NCBI GenBank assembly: GCA_001643675.2
Contig: LSRY02000022.1
Span: 806,001 to 870,000, forward strand
DNA from: Monocercomonoides exilis PA203
Lineage: Eukaryota > Protista > Preaxostyla
DNA length: 64,000 nucleotides
Direction of reading: 5' to 3'
The position numbers were made by a program, and so were the translations under genes. Shown in pieces: positions 50,701-61,423 of this stretch. Under the pieces are notes generated by a model that had not been told where the DNA came from, ran no database searches, and saw only the letters and a list, made by a program, of their open reading frames with translations. Position 1 is the stretch's first letter. Every line of letters starts with the position of its first letter.

Positions 50701-52299
50701 AGCAATTCAGGTGACTTCCACCTCAAACACTCCTTCCTTTTGTCTTCACAATCCTCAAACGCTGATGAAGGAGGAAGTGAGCCTCTTCCATTTCCATTTG
50801 GACATGAGAAATCAGAGGAAGTGACGACGATTGTGGCAGTTAATTATTTGGACGAAGTGTCGGAGTTTGAAAAGCAATCGAAGTGGGGCTGTATTTACAT
50901 GACATGTGCAATGAGATAATGAGATGAGTGGACTCAGATAATCCAGTGATTGAAAATGAAGTTTGCTTTCATCAAATAAATGAGGTGCTCCAATCGTTAC
51001 TAAGAACAGAAACAGGGTTGCTCTCATTCCCTTTTCTTAAAGTTAAACAACTGCCATTTCTTTCTTTCAATTTGCTCCTCACAATAAAAACAAGAACAGT
51101 GAATCTTCCAGTACCAATTCAATCTTTCATGCATTAAAAAAAACTGATTTCAACATATTAATTGGTTAATATAATTGGAAACATTTTCATAAATAAAATA
51201 CCTGATTGTTTAACGTAAATAAATGGAACAGCTTTGGCTTGTGGTTCGTTCATGAAGAAAATCGAAACATTGCTCATTAAAACGTGCAATAAACAAACAC
51301 ATAACATACACGCAACATGAGACATATGTTAAATAAATGTGAATAACATTCAACATAAAAAAATCTTGAATACTATTTGGATAGATAAATATTTGATAAA
51401 TCGATTTCATAACTATTTCCCTTTAAAAAATTATTAGATAAAAGCTATTTTGGTTCACGGAAAAAACAAAAAATTGAGAAATGTGTTTCGCTTGTGATAA
51501 ATAGATAAATGGTCAGTTGTTGTTTTGTGATACATTATTATTTATGAAACAAAAAACTATAACGGGAAGAGATCTGATTTTTCAAAAAGAAAGTGCCATA
51601 TGGTAAATTTTTTTTGAAAACTTCCTTTTATTTAATTAACAAATAATCTTTAACTTCACATTTTCATCATTTTTCTGTTCACGTACATTAAATGACTCTG
51701 AAATGGAAATAATAACATTGTTAAAGCACTGTTTCCATAATAGTTAAGTTACGTGAGTGGGAACAGAAAATTGATGAAAAAAAGTAGTTCTCATTTTATT
51801 TGTAAATTAAATAAAAGGAAGTTTTCAAAAAAAAATCAGCCATATATTTTGATTTATCAACAAAAAATATTTTATTTCAGCATAACTTTGCTTATAATCT
51901 TTAACTCTTTTAAACAAGCCAATAAATTTTATTTTTCCGTTCAAACTCCAATTTTCTGATAGTTTTTAACGAAATAAAACATGAAATGAATGGAAATTGT
52001 TTTTTTAATGTTCAATACACATTTAAAAACATCAATGAAAAACAAAATTCTTGACATTTTTTCGTTAATTGAAAGAAGTTCCCGCAATTATGAATAACTC
52101 AACTCTAATATTCAGTTTTCAAATAAACCGTGCTTATGAATAAACTGCCTGTATTTGAAATGAAGGATTCTTGTTCAAAAAAGCTTTTTTATTCAATTAA
52201 AAATGTTTTAATCAAATTTCATTTAATGAAAAATGAATGAAAATTAGTCCAAACATGAAGATCGATGGAAATTTATGTTTAATAAACGAATGTGAATGT

Positions 52300-53172
52300 A
52301 TTCAGTGTGACTAAATCAGATCAAGACTGTGACCTCAAGAGGAATAATTCTTTCAAATTTTCTCCAAAACAAATCTCATCAATACATACTCATTTGATAC
52401 ACGAGACAATACCTCTGTAACATGACAAAAGAAAATTGAAGAAATGACAAAATGACTGACAAGATATTTATGACTTGTCAAAAAGTGTTATTTTAATGAT
52501 TTCATAATTCTCAATAACTGTAATAATTAAGATCAAAATCCATATACAATAATTGTTGTTATTTTGAAAAAAATAATAATTTTTATAAATATTATCGAGT
52601 TCTTAACTTTTATTATTTTTCACAGGAAATGTCAGAAGAGGATTTTTTTTATAACAATTTGTTATTGACCGTCTCTGACTTTCATTGACATAAGAGAAAA
52701 AGATAGTTGTTTCAGATTTTATCAATAAATTATTTCCAAGCTCTTAATAAAGCTTTTCAAAGATTTCACTATCATTCGTATTATTTTGTTATAATTAAAT
52801 TGAATTGAATAAATTAATTTTATTAATTAATTAATTTTTTTTTTTTATTTTTTTGCATCGGACGATGCTTCAAGTGATTTGTCAGGTCACAGAGGTATAC
52901 ATGATACTTTCAAATAAACTTCATTTGCACTCAGAAAAAATTATTTATAAAATCTCAGAGAAACTTAAAATTCTATTTCTCCGAGATTTCAATCATTAAT
53001 AATTTCTGAGAACAAATGAGGATTTTTTGAAGATTTTGAATGTCAAATGAGTTTGCATTGATGAGATATATTTTTGAAGATTATTAACAGAATTTTTTTT
53101 TGCGTTGTTATGGAGAGATCGATCTCGTCCGATGAATTATGTGAAGTCCTGTATTTTATCTCACATGTTGTA
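52300..53172. mobile_element. Degenerate relative of the 10510-11080 MITE, interrupted by the CCTCTGT MITE
   Basis: CAAGAGGAATAATTC...ATCTCA..AAT...ACTCATTTG is shared with ~10556-10616. An inverted copy lies at ~53040-53070. Ends are imprecise. Confidence 0.55.
52412..52895. mobile_element. MITE, CCTCTGT TIR, TA TSD (copy 2)
   Basis: TA|CCTCTGTAACATGACAA ... TTGTCAGGTCACAGAGG|TA. Confidence 0.9.
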
Positions 53173-53552
53173 TTTGATAAGTTCAATGATAACTTGAAGT
53201 TTTCTGATATTCATCCTCAAGATATATAAAAATTTGAGTTATATATGAATTCCTAATTTTAAAAATATTTTTTCGAATTGAATTTTTTTTTATGCATTTA
53301 TTAAGAATAATATTGTTAACTCGTTCTTCATGGACTTATAAATTCGTAATGTATTTCAATTTAATTTATCATTCAAATAATAAAAAACCTCTCTTATATC
53401 AAAAAAACATTAGAAAAAAATATATAAATGAAGTTTTTCCAGCATTTACCATTATTATTTAAATAACCGTGATCAAAAGCATTAATTGAATAAAAATCCA
53501 CATTTCTTCCTTCATTTTAATATTTCACGATTAAGTTGAATATCCATCTGCA

Positions 53553-54335
53553 ATGAGGCCTAATTTGACAATTGTTATGTTTATTGTTGCAGCTATATTT
53601 ATTCCTGTTGAGTACATTGTTGTTACATGTGTATTTTCTCCTCGTCTTCCCGGTTTGTTACCGAATTTTAATAATTTTTTTTTCACTGTAGTAAATTGAA
53701 TTAATAATACAAGAAATAATTGATTCGCATTTTGATGAAAAAGGTATTTAAAACGTCAATTGTTTACAATGGTTATTATTTCTGTTCAAACAGGAGAAGC
53801 CAATGGTCAAAGTTCAAAGAATAGCTACTTTTCATTGATGAACATACTTGGAATATTGATTTATTATTTGCTTCCTGCTTGTTCATTGTTAGTTCTTTGC
53901 TGCCCTGCTGATTTAAGTTTTGGAAAAATTATACATAACTTTTTTCTTTTCATTTTTGAATATTTAGTTAATTTACCTAATAAGGAGTTTTTGCTTAGTC
54001 CAATGATGAGACATCGAACGGCTGGTGTTCTTCTTTCATTTTTTACCGAGTTTGGGTTCGTTGCAAGTGAATTTATCCTTATTATTTTCGTATTGGGAAT
54101 TGTACAGAACTTGATATCGAAAAAATACAACATTATCGTATATGCGGTGAGCATTGGACTGCCAATATTTTTAATATACGTTGTTATATGGGTTATTAGA
54201 ATGATTTATAAAATTTATCATCTTAAAGATACGATCGTGCAGCAACCTGTTACGCAAGTTCATCACCCTGAAACCATCAACAATGCAAATACAACATTAT
54301 ATCAACAGCAATCGCTTGCTGAAGATAAAGATTAA
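53553..54335 (+). CDS. Small multi-pass membrane protein
   Basis: Several hydrophobic helices in the 191-aa ORF, plus a hydrophobic upstream exon from ATG 53553. Splicing of the 5' part is unresolved. Confidence 0.55.
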
Positions 54336-54687
54336 TTTTAAATTTGAAAGTATCATTTCTGTTATTTTGCGAGTTACGCTTTTTATTTATTGTTTTAAGT
54401 TATTTTATTTATTTTATGAGCTGTTTAATTATAACTTTTGTGAAATTTCTTTTTGCATATTGTTGATTTGTAGTTTTGTTATTTTTTTACAAAATTATAC
54501 CATAATAACATTATTTTGAGTTTTTCCATGCTCGCTTGCTCAATGATTTTCATATTTATAAGATATGTATATTGTGAGTATTGTAAATTTGACTCAATGG
54601 AACTGAAAAAAATTGATGATGTTCGTTTATGCCTTGAATCACTTCCTGTATGCATGAAACTTTTTTAACATTATTTTCCGATTCAAC

Positions 54688-57600
54688 TTGAATCATTTTT
54701 TTTTTCACCAGTTCAATGCTTCAACAACAGAATTTTCATCTTCTTTGAATAAAATCAAAACATATTTGGAGTCCTATGTTCTGAGAGACATGTATTTAAA
54801 TCCTCCAGATTATTCTGATCTTAATAAAGTAGACATTGCAGCAGAACTTGAAAAAATACATCAAAGGAATGATTTTAAAAATGGATATGAGTTTTATATT
54901 ACATTGAGAAATGCTATAAATTCATTGGGAGATTCCGTAACTGTATTTGATGCGCCTTGCACATCGTCATTTTTTGCGCTTTTGCCATTTAAGTTTAAAA
55001 TTGTTGAGAATTGGGGCGCAGGAAGTGAAATTTCGTCTCGTATGATCGCTGAGCCAAACGACGATGCCGATGCGTATGAGCATTATCTGAGCGAACCAGA
55101 TCACCCTGATATTAGTGGCTGCACCATCACGCGCATATTCCTTCCCGAAAACGAAGACACACACGAGAGCGAGGCCGTACGTGTGCTGCAGAAATGGGCG
55201 GACGAGAATCTGAGGCAGTACAGAAACCCGGCGGTGCGGCTGAATGCGGCGCTGGAGATGTTTTTTGCCTCGAGGCCAGCGCAGGTTGTGGATTTGCCGA
55301 AGGGAAATGTGACGGTCACGTATAAAAGAAAGATAAATAGAGGAAGAATTGAGAGTGGAGAAGGAAAAGAAGGAGGAGGAGGAGAAGGAGAGGGAGAAAA
55401 AGAAGGAGAAGAAGGAACAGTTGAAGAAAATAGAGATTATAGAGAAAATAGAGAAAAAGAAGATATTAGAAAAAAAGGAAAGAAAAAATTAAAAGAAATA
55501 AAAGGAGAAGAAATAAAAGAAGGAGAAGGAGAAGGAGAAGGAGAAGAAGAAGTAAATGTAACTTTGTCATGGTACGGTTGTTCGCTTGATAAAATGGAAG
55601 ATTTAAATTCGATTTGTCCAATTGTTAGCAAAAATGGGAAAGATATAAAAGATAAAAAGATGGAGGAGGCTGGAATTGAATGGGGCGATGAGGAAGAAGA
55701 GAAGAGAAGAGAAGAAGAAAGAGAAAGAGAAAGAGAAGGAGAAAGAGAAAGAAGAGAAGGAAAAGGAGAAAGAAAGGGAAGAGGAAGAGAAAGAGAGGGA
55801 AGAGAAAGAAGAAGAGGAGAAAGAAGAAGAAAGAGAGAGAAAGTTAAAGAAAAAAATAAAGAAAAAAGCAAAGAAAAGCAAAAATTACAGGGAAAAAGCG
55901 AAAAAGAAGAAAAAGACAGCAAAAAAGGAAGGCATTTCAAATTCATTTCAAATTCTCATTCACAATTTCATTCACATTCACTTCAATCATATCAGATGAG
56001 GTTACGTCCTTCTTCTCTTTCTCATTCTCCATTAGTTTCATCATCATCATCATCATCTTCTTCTTCTTCTGCTAACATTTCACTTTCTTCTTCTTCTTCT
56101 ACTTCTCAAACATATTTGTCTTTCGCTTCAAATCCAACAGAAAATGAAGAAAAAGATGGAAAAGGCAAAGAAAACATAGAAAATCCGGGGGGAAACAAAG
56201 AAAATGATGAAAAGCTCAAAGAAAATAAAGAAGAAATTAAAGAAAATAAAGAAAAAGAAGAAGAAGAAGAAGAAGAAGAAGAAATAAATGAAGAAGAAGA
56301 AGAAGAAGAAATCGAGCACATTGTAGTCAAAGACGAAGTTACTGGCTTAATTTTCAACAAACGCAAAATCGGTTTCTTAGCCATCCAAACTTTATCCCCT
56401 GAAAACACAATGAATTTCTCCCGTTTTATATTCCAGTCGGTTAAAAGGTTTAAAGAGAAAAAAATCGAAAAACTAATTTTAGATTTCCGGACAAATATGT
56501 TGGGACTCACGGATTATGCGTCCCTTTTGTACATTTTCTTTTTTCCGGAATCTTTTCCGTATTTTGGGCGGGCAGAAATGACTAAAACGAAAGTCACACA
56601 GGAAATAACAAAAGTGATGAAGGCGGATTCATATGCCTCGTTTGACGATCCAGACACGTTCATGCCAATTAAAAACGATTTTTTTAGCTCAAAAACGGTA
56701 GAAAAAAAAATAAAATTGGAAAATGGGTCTGAAATAACGGGATATTTCACACAGCCATTTTTAAGAAACATCACAAGGCTGAAAATGTTCGATTTCCACA
56801 CAGAAAATTGGGAGTTTTTGGGGCAAAATTTGTTTGAGCCACAAAATGTGGTTGTTTTGAGCGATGGCTTGTGTACAGCGGGTTGTGCGGCTTTTGTGCA
56901 GCATGTGAAACAGAGGAGGCTGGGGAAGATGGTGGGGGTGGGGTATATGGAGAAGGAGAAGGAAGAGAAGAATGAGGAAATGGAAATGGAAAAGGAAGGA
57001 AGAAGAGGAAGAAGACTTATGAATACCAAATGGAAGGCCGAAGCTGACTACAAGACTCCATATTGTCCTGCTCCTTCATCATCATTTATTTCATCATCAT
57101 TAACAACTCCTTCTTCTCTTTCTTCTTCTTCTTCTTCTCCTCACATTCACAATGATATTTCTTCATCTTCTTCTTCCTCTTCTCCTTCTTCTTCCTCTCT
57201 CAACACAATCTACGGCAAAGGCCGCTTCCTCATGGCCCAGTCAGCCACAGGAGGCTATTTCTCCGCTGAGAAAATCCAATTTTACAAGCAAAACGGCGAA
57301 GGTGTGGTGAATTCCTCTAATCTTCCTGAGGGTTTTGATAGAAAAGGCAGTGACATAAGCTTCAATATGATTGGTTTGAACTCGTTTGACCCGAAATTCA
57401 GCAGAGAAAAGCCGATTTTGTATGAAAACAGCGAAGCCGACTGTGTTTTGCCGCTGTTCGAAGGGAGCGGAGAGAAAAGCGACGAATCGCTGAAGAAGCT
57501 GGTGGAGTTTGTGGAGCCTGTATTTGGGGTGTGTTTTGGGTGGGAGGTGGAGGTGGACGAAGGGTGTGGAGGAGAAGGAGAAGAGGGAGGAGAAGAAGGA

Positions 57601-59169
57601 GAAGGGGAAGGAAAAGAGGAAGAGGAAGAGATTCTTTCAAAAAGATCGATTTCATCTGGTTTAACTTCTTCTTTTTCGGCTTTGGAAAACGAAATATCAG
57701 TAAATTCCTCAAAAAGCAGTGAAAATTCACTAAAAATTCCAAAACCCTCAAAACAACCCAAAAATACCCCCATTTCCAAAATAAGAAGAGCAAAACACGC
57801 AGACGACGGAAAATTATATGGACATCCGTGCAATTCAGAGACGGGGAAATTTGACAAGTCGAAATGTGTGTTTGCGCGGTGTAAAAGTGGGTTTTATGAG
57901 ACTTTTGAAGGGAAATGTGAGAAAATTCCAGATATGAGCCAGAAGAAGAAGAAAGAAGGAGAAGAAGAAGGAGGGGATGAGGAGAAGAAGAGGAAGCAGT
58001 GGATGTATTTGATTGTGGGGCTGTCGGTGGGGCTGATTGTGGCTGTGGCAGTGGCTGTGAGTGTGGTTGTGTTTGTGAGGATCAAAAAAGGAAGGAGAAG
58101 GAGATATTTGATGATGAAAGAGGGGAAAGGGAAGGGGAAGAAGGGGAAAGGAGAAGGAAAAGAAGGAGGAGGGAAGAAGAAGAAGAAGGGAAAAGAAGGT
58201 GTTAATATGGGATTATTGAAAAGTGATGAAGAAGAAGAAGAGGAGGAGGAGGAAGAGGAAGAAGAAGATGATGATGATTATGATGATGATGATGACGATG
58301 ATACAAGAAGTAGATATACGGCTGTTACAATGGAGACGATTAAGAGTCCAGGAAATGAAGAAGAAGAAGGAGAAGGAGAAGAAGAAAGAGAAGAAAGAGA
58401 AAGAAAAGAAGGCGAAAAACCAAATTTGGAGAGTCTGAGTTCAATGAGAGGAAGGCGGATTATAGTGAAAGTGAGGAGGAAGACGCAAAAAGCGGAGGAA
58501 AGAGGAGGAGAAAGAGGAGGAGAAAGAGGAGGAGAAAGAGGAGGAGAAAGAGGAGGAGAAAGAGGAGGAGAAAGAATAGAAAAAAATGAAAATATTCAAA
58601 ATTTCTCTTTTGCCTCTCAAAAAATGGAAGAAAAGGGAAAAATGGAATCTTTTACGAATGTGGCTAATGTGGCGAGTGCAGAAAGAGAGAAGAATAAAAT
58701 GATAGAAATCAATCCATTTGAAAAAGAAGGGGAAAAAAAAGAAGAAAGAGAAAGAGAAAGAGAAGGAGGAGAAGGAGGAGAAGGAAGAGAAGAAGAAGAA
58801 GAGGGAAATGAAAGAATTGTGATTCATCCAGCTTCGTTTGTGGGGCAGGAGTCGTTTTTACGTTCTTCTTCTTCTTCCTCCTCTTCCTCTTCCTCTTCCT
58901 CTTCCTCTTCCTCTTCCTCTTCCTCTTCCTCTTCCTCTTCCTCTTCCTCTTCCTCTTCCTCTTCCTCTTCCTCTTCTTCTTCTTCTTTCTTCTCTTTCTT
59001 CTCTTTCTTCTCCTTCTTTACCCTTTTCCCTCTCAGCAAAGAAGAAAAAGAAAAAGAAGAAGAAGAAGAAGAGGGGGAGTCTTGTGATTACAATGCCGGC
59101 AAATGCAGAGACTGGGGTGGATGTGTCAAATGGGGTGCCTTATGGTGCTTATGGATCTTATTCAAATGA
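54688..59169 (+). CDS. Type-I membrane protein with peptidase S41-like domain interrupted by low-complexity inserts
   Basis: IEKLILDFRTNMLG and FEPQNVVVLSDGLCTAGCAAF resemble the S41 motifs LIIDLRxNGGG and LTDGxCASxC. Cys-rich juxtamembrane segment and TM helix WMYLIVGLSVGLIVAVAVAVSVVVFV. Probable upstream signal-peptide exon(s) from ~54528. Confidence 0.7.
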   Translation: MNHFFFHQFNASTTEFSSSLNKIKTYLESYVLRDMYLNPPDYSDLNKVDIAAELEKIHQRNDFKNGYEFYITLRNAINSLGDSVTVFDAPCTSSFFALLPFKFKIVENWGAGSEISSRMIAEPNDDADAYEHYLSEPDHPDISGCTITRIFLPENEDTHESEAVRVLQKWADENLRQYRNPAVRLNAALEMFFASRPAQVVDLPKGNVTVTYKRKINRGRIESGEGKEGGGGEGEGEKEGEEGTVEENRDYRENREKEDIRKKGKKKLKEIKGEEIKEGEGEGEGEEEVNVTLSWYGCSLDKMEDLNSICPIVSKNGKDIKDKKMEEAGIEWGDEEEEKRREEEREREREGERERREGKGERKGRGREREGRERRRGERRRKREKVKEKNKEKSKEKQKLQGKSEKEEKDSKKGRHFKFISNSHSQFHSHSLQSYQMRLRPSSLSHSPLVSSSSSSSSSSSANISLSSSSSTSQTYLSFASNPTENEEKDGKGKENIENPGGNKENDEKLKENKEEIKENKEKEEEEEEEEEINEEEEEEEIEHIVVKDEVTGLIFNKRKIGFLAIQTLSPENTMNFSRFIFQSVKRFKEKKIEKLILDFRTNMLGLTDYASLLYIFFFPESFPYFGRAEMTKTKVTQEITKVMKADSYASFDDPDTFMPIKNDFFSSKTVEKKIKLENGSEITGYFTQPFLRNITRLKMFDFHTENWEFLGQNLFEPQNVVVLSDGLCTAGCAAFVQHVKQRRLGKMVGVGYMEKEKEEKNEEMEMEKEGRRGRRLMNTKWKAEADYKTPYCPAPSSSFISSSLTTPSSLSSSSSSPHIHNDISSSSSSSSPSSSSLNTIYGKGRFLMAQSATGGYFSAEKIQFYKQNGEGVVNSSNLPEGFDRKGSDISFNMIGLNSFDPKFSREKPILYENSEADCVLPLFEGSGEKSDESLKKLVEFVEPVFGVCFGWEVEVDEGCGGEGEEGGEEGEGEGKEEEEEILSKRSISSGLTSSFSALENEISVNSSKSSENSLKIPKPSKQPKNTPISKIRRAKHADDGKLYGHPCNSETGKFDKSKCVFARCKSGFYETFEGKCEKIPDMSQKKKKEGEEEGGDEEKKRKQWMYLIVGLSVGLIVAVAVAVSVVVFVRIKKGRRRRYLMMKEGKGKGKKGKGEGKEGGGKKKKKGKEGVNMGLLKSDEEEEEEEEEEEEEDDDDYDDDDDDDTRSRYTAVTMETIKSPGNEEEEGEGEEEREERERKEGEKPNLESLSSMRGRRIIVKVRRKTQKAEERGGERGGERGGERGGERGGERGGERIEKNENIQNFSFASQKMEEKGKMESFTNVANVASAEREKNKMIEINPFEKEGEKKEEREREREGGEGGEGREEEEEGNERIVIHPASFVGQESFLRSSSSSSSSSSSSSSSSSSSSSSSSSSSSSSSSSSSSSSSSSFFSFFSFFSFFTLFPLSKEEKEKEEEEEEGESCDYNAGKCRDWGGCVKWGALWCLWILFK
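58496..58575 (+). repeat. 12-bp coding tandem repeat (AGAGGAGGAGAA)x~6 encoding RGGE
   Basis: Directly visible. Confidence 0.9.
58864..58986 (+). repeat. (TCCTCT)n tract encoding ~40 Ser
   Basis: Directly visible. Confidence 0.9.
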
Positions 59170-59195
59170 TAAATAGATGATTGAAAAGTTTGGGA

Positions 59196-59246
<51 letters not shown>

Positions 59247-61423
59247 TTTTATATTTTTATTTTTTAAATTATTTTTTGTTTTTTATTTTAATTTTAATTT
59301 AAATCTTAATTTTTATTTTTATTTTTATTTTTATTTTTATTATATTTTGTTTTATTATCTTATTTATTTATTTCCAAATAATTATTTTTCCCATCTGAAT
59401 TTATAATCCTTCATGATTTATATTATTTGACAAAATTTTAGAATCCTCAGAAGATATTAATTTATTGCATAAACATTTGAGAAATTACGATTCGAAATTG
59501 AAGCTGGAAGAAATATCATTTGGAGGTCTTACAAGTTTCTGCAAACAACATGGACAAATGCATTTGCATTCAAGACGAAAGACACGCACACAAAAAAAAA
59601 TACTAAAAATAAAAATAAAAATAAAAATAAAAATAAAAATTAAAATAAAAATAAAAGTTAAAGTAAAAATTCATGAAGTTTTTCAGAGATTGATTGATTG
59701 CAGATTTGCTTGCTTGTTTGGATGATTTTGGAAAATAATGATTACAATGATAAATAAATAAATAAATAAATAAATAAAGATGACGAAGTATTTATTTGGT
59801 GTACAGAGAGTGAAAGCTATTTTGCTAATGCTTGTGGATGCTCCATTCAGGAATTAGCTGATTTTTTTGTTTAGCTTTTTCTTTTTCTTTTTTCTTTTTT
59901 TGTTAAGTTTTGTTTGTTTGATTTTTCTTTTTCTCTTTTCTTTTCTTTTCTTTTTAAACTTGTTTATCATCTCAAATGATTTATCCTGATGAAAATTTTT
60001 CACTCAGAAAAGAGTTTCGAATAAGAAAATGATTACTTTTATGATTTTTCTCATCAAAAGAACTATCAACAACAATGAAATTTTGAATCTTTATTGATTG
60101 CTTTTTTTAATAAAAATATTTATTTAACAATTAGATTATCATGTACTTTGAAATTTTACATGGAAATTTGTTTTTGAAAGAATTTCGCATTTTCATGAAT
60201 CGACAGCAAACAATATGGTATTTCTTTTGTTTAAATAAATAATAATTATTCCTTTCACTTCTTTTGATTGGTTTTTGGAACTGGATATTGCAATCTTCGC
60301 ATCCATCTTCTTCCATCTTTTCAAGTTACTCCATTTTTGCAATCTTTCTTTTCGCTTCATCTGCTTCTTAATCCTTCTTTTTTCCCAATCTTCTGCAAAT
60401 TTCAATAAATATTCGCAAATTGTTCCACACAATCTTGTATTCAAGCTATGCTTATTGAATATCCTCAAAAGCACAGATCTAAAAAAGTTGCTCTTCTACA
60501 AGTTGTCAGCAGGTAAAAATCAGTTGCTTGATTGACATCTTATCAAAAATGGTTAAACAATACCGAGTTAATTTTGTGCACCAATCTCTTGTTTATCTGC
60601 AAGTCTATACAATGCACCCAGCCAAATCGGCTTTGTCTTTGTCGTGCAAACTGAAGATGTGAAAGAGATCCCAATAATCTTCCAGCCATCTCCTTACCAT
60701 TTCCTTTCCATTTGTTTCTTTTTTTCTATTTTCTTCTTTCTCTTCCAATCAACAATTTTTGTTAATTCTTCCAGATAAAAAAATAATCCTTTAAAAAAAT
60801 AAAAAAAAGGTTCAATCACCAATAATTCAAAAAAAACAGCGATCACAGACCAGTTAATTTGTAATTGTTATTCATCACCTGCACTTCTAAAAGATATGGT
60901 TTTTGTCAAACATTCCATTTTTTGAGTTCTTATAAAATGACATTCAGTCAAAAAAAAAGAATTTTTCTTACAACATCGTTTTTAAAAAATCAATTATAAA
61001 TTTACAGCCCTTATTATTTTTTTGAGTATTGGGATAAAAAACAAGTTGTTTCGATGAGAATCTTGTTTCATTTAATTTATCAAATTATAATGGTAATTGT
61101 TGATCAAAACAAATATATTTATTAACAAATATTGAAAATAATGCTCACATTTTATCTTTATATGAGATTTTTATGAGGTTTTTTATTTCAATAATTTTTT
61201 TTTTTTGATTTTTTTGGAATATTTGTGTTGAAGTGAAAAAAAATTTTTTTCTTCCATCAATTTTTATATGATTATTATTCCTTTTTGGAAATAAATGTTA
61301 GAATATATATAATTCAACAGAAAATTTGATTTTTTAAAAAAATCGTTTTTCAAATGAGACACCCATTTTTTATTTTAATGAAATAAAATTTTATTAAGGG
61401 CGCTTATTATTTTTGTAACATTG

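Noticed and set aside
59188-59370. ~56-nt poly-T as the poly-A tail of a minus-strand retrocopy
   Set aside because: No TSD or retro-body identified; it grades into AT microsatellite in a 3' UTR or intergenic region.
60131-60770. Minus-strand fragment with GDGWK (hAT-like DGW)
   Set aside because: Single short motif amid stops; insufficient evidence.
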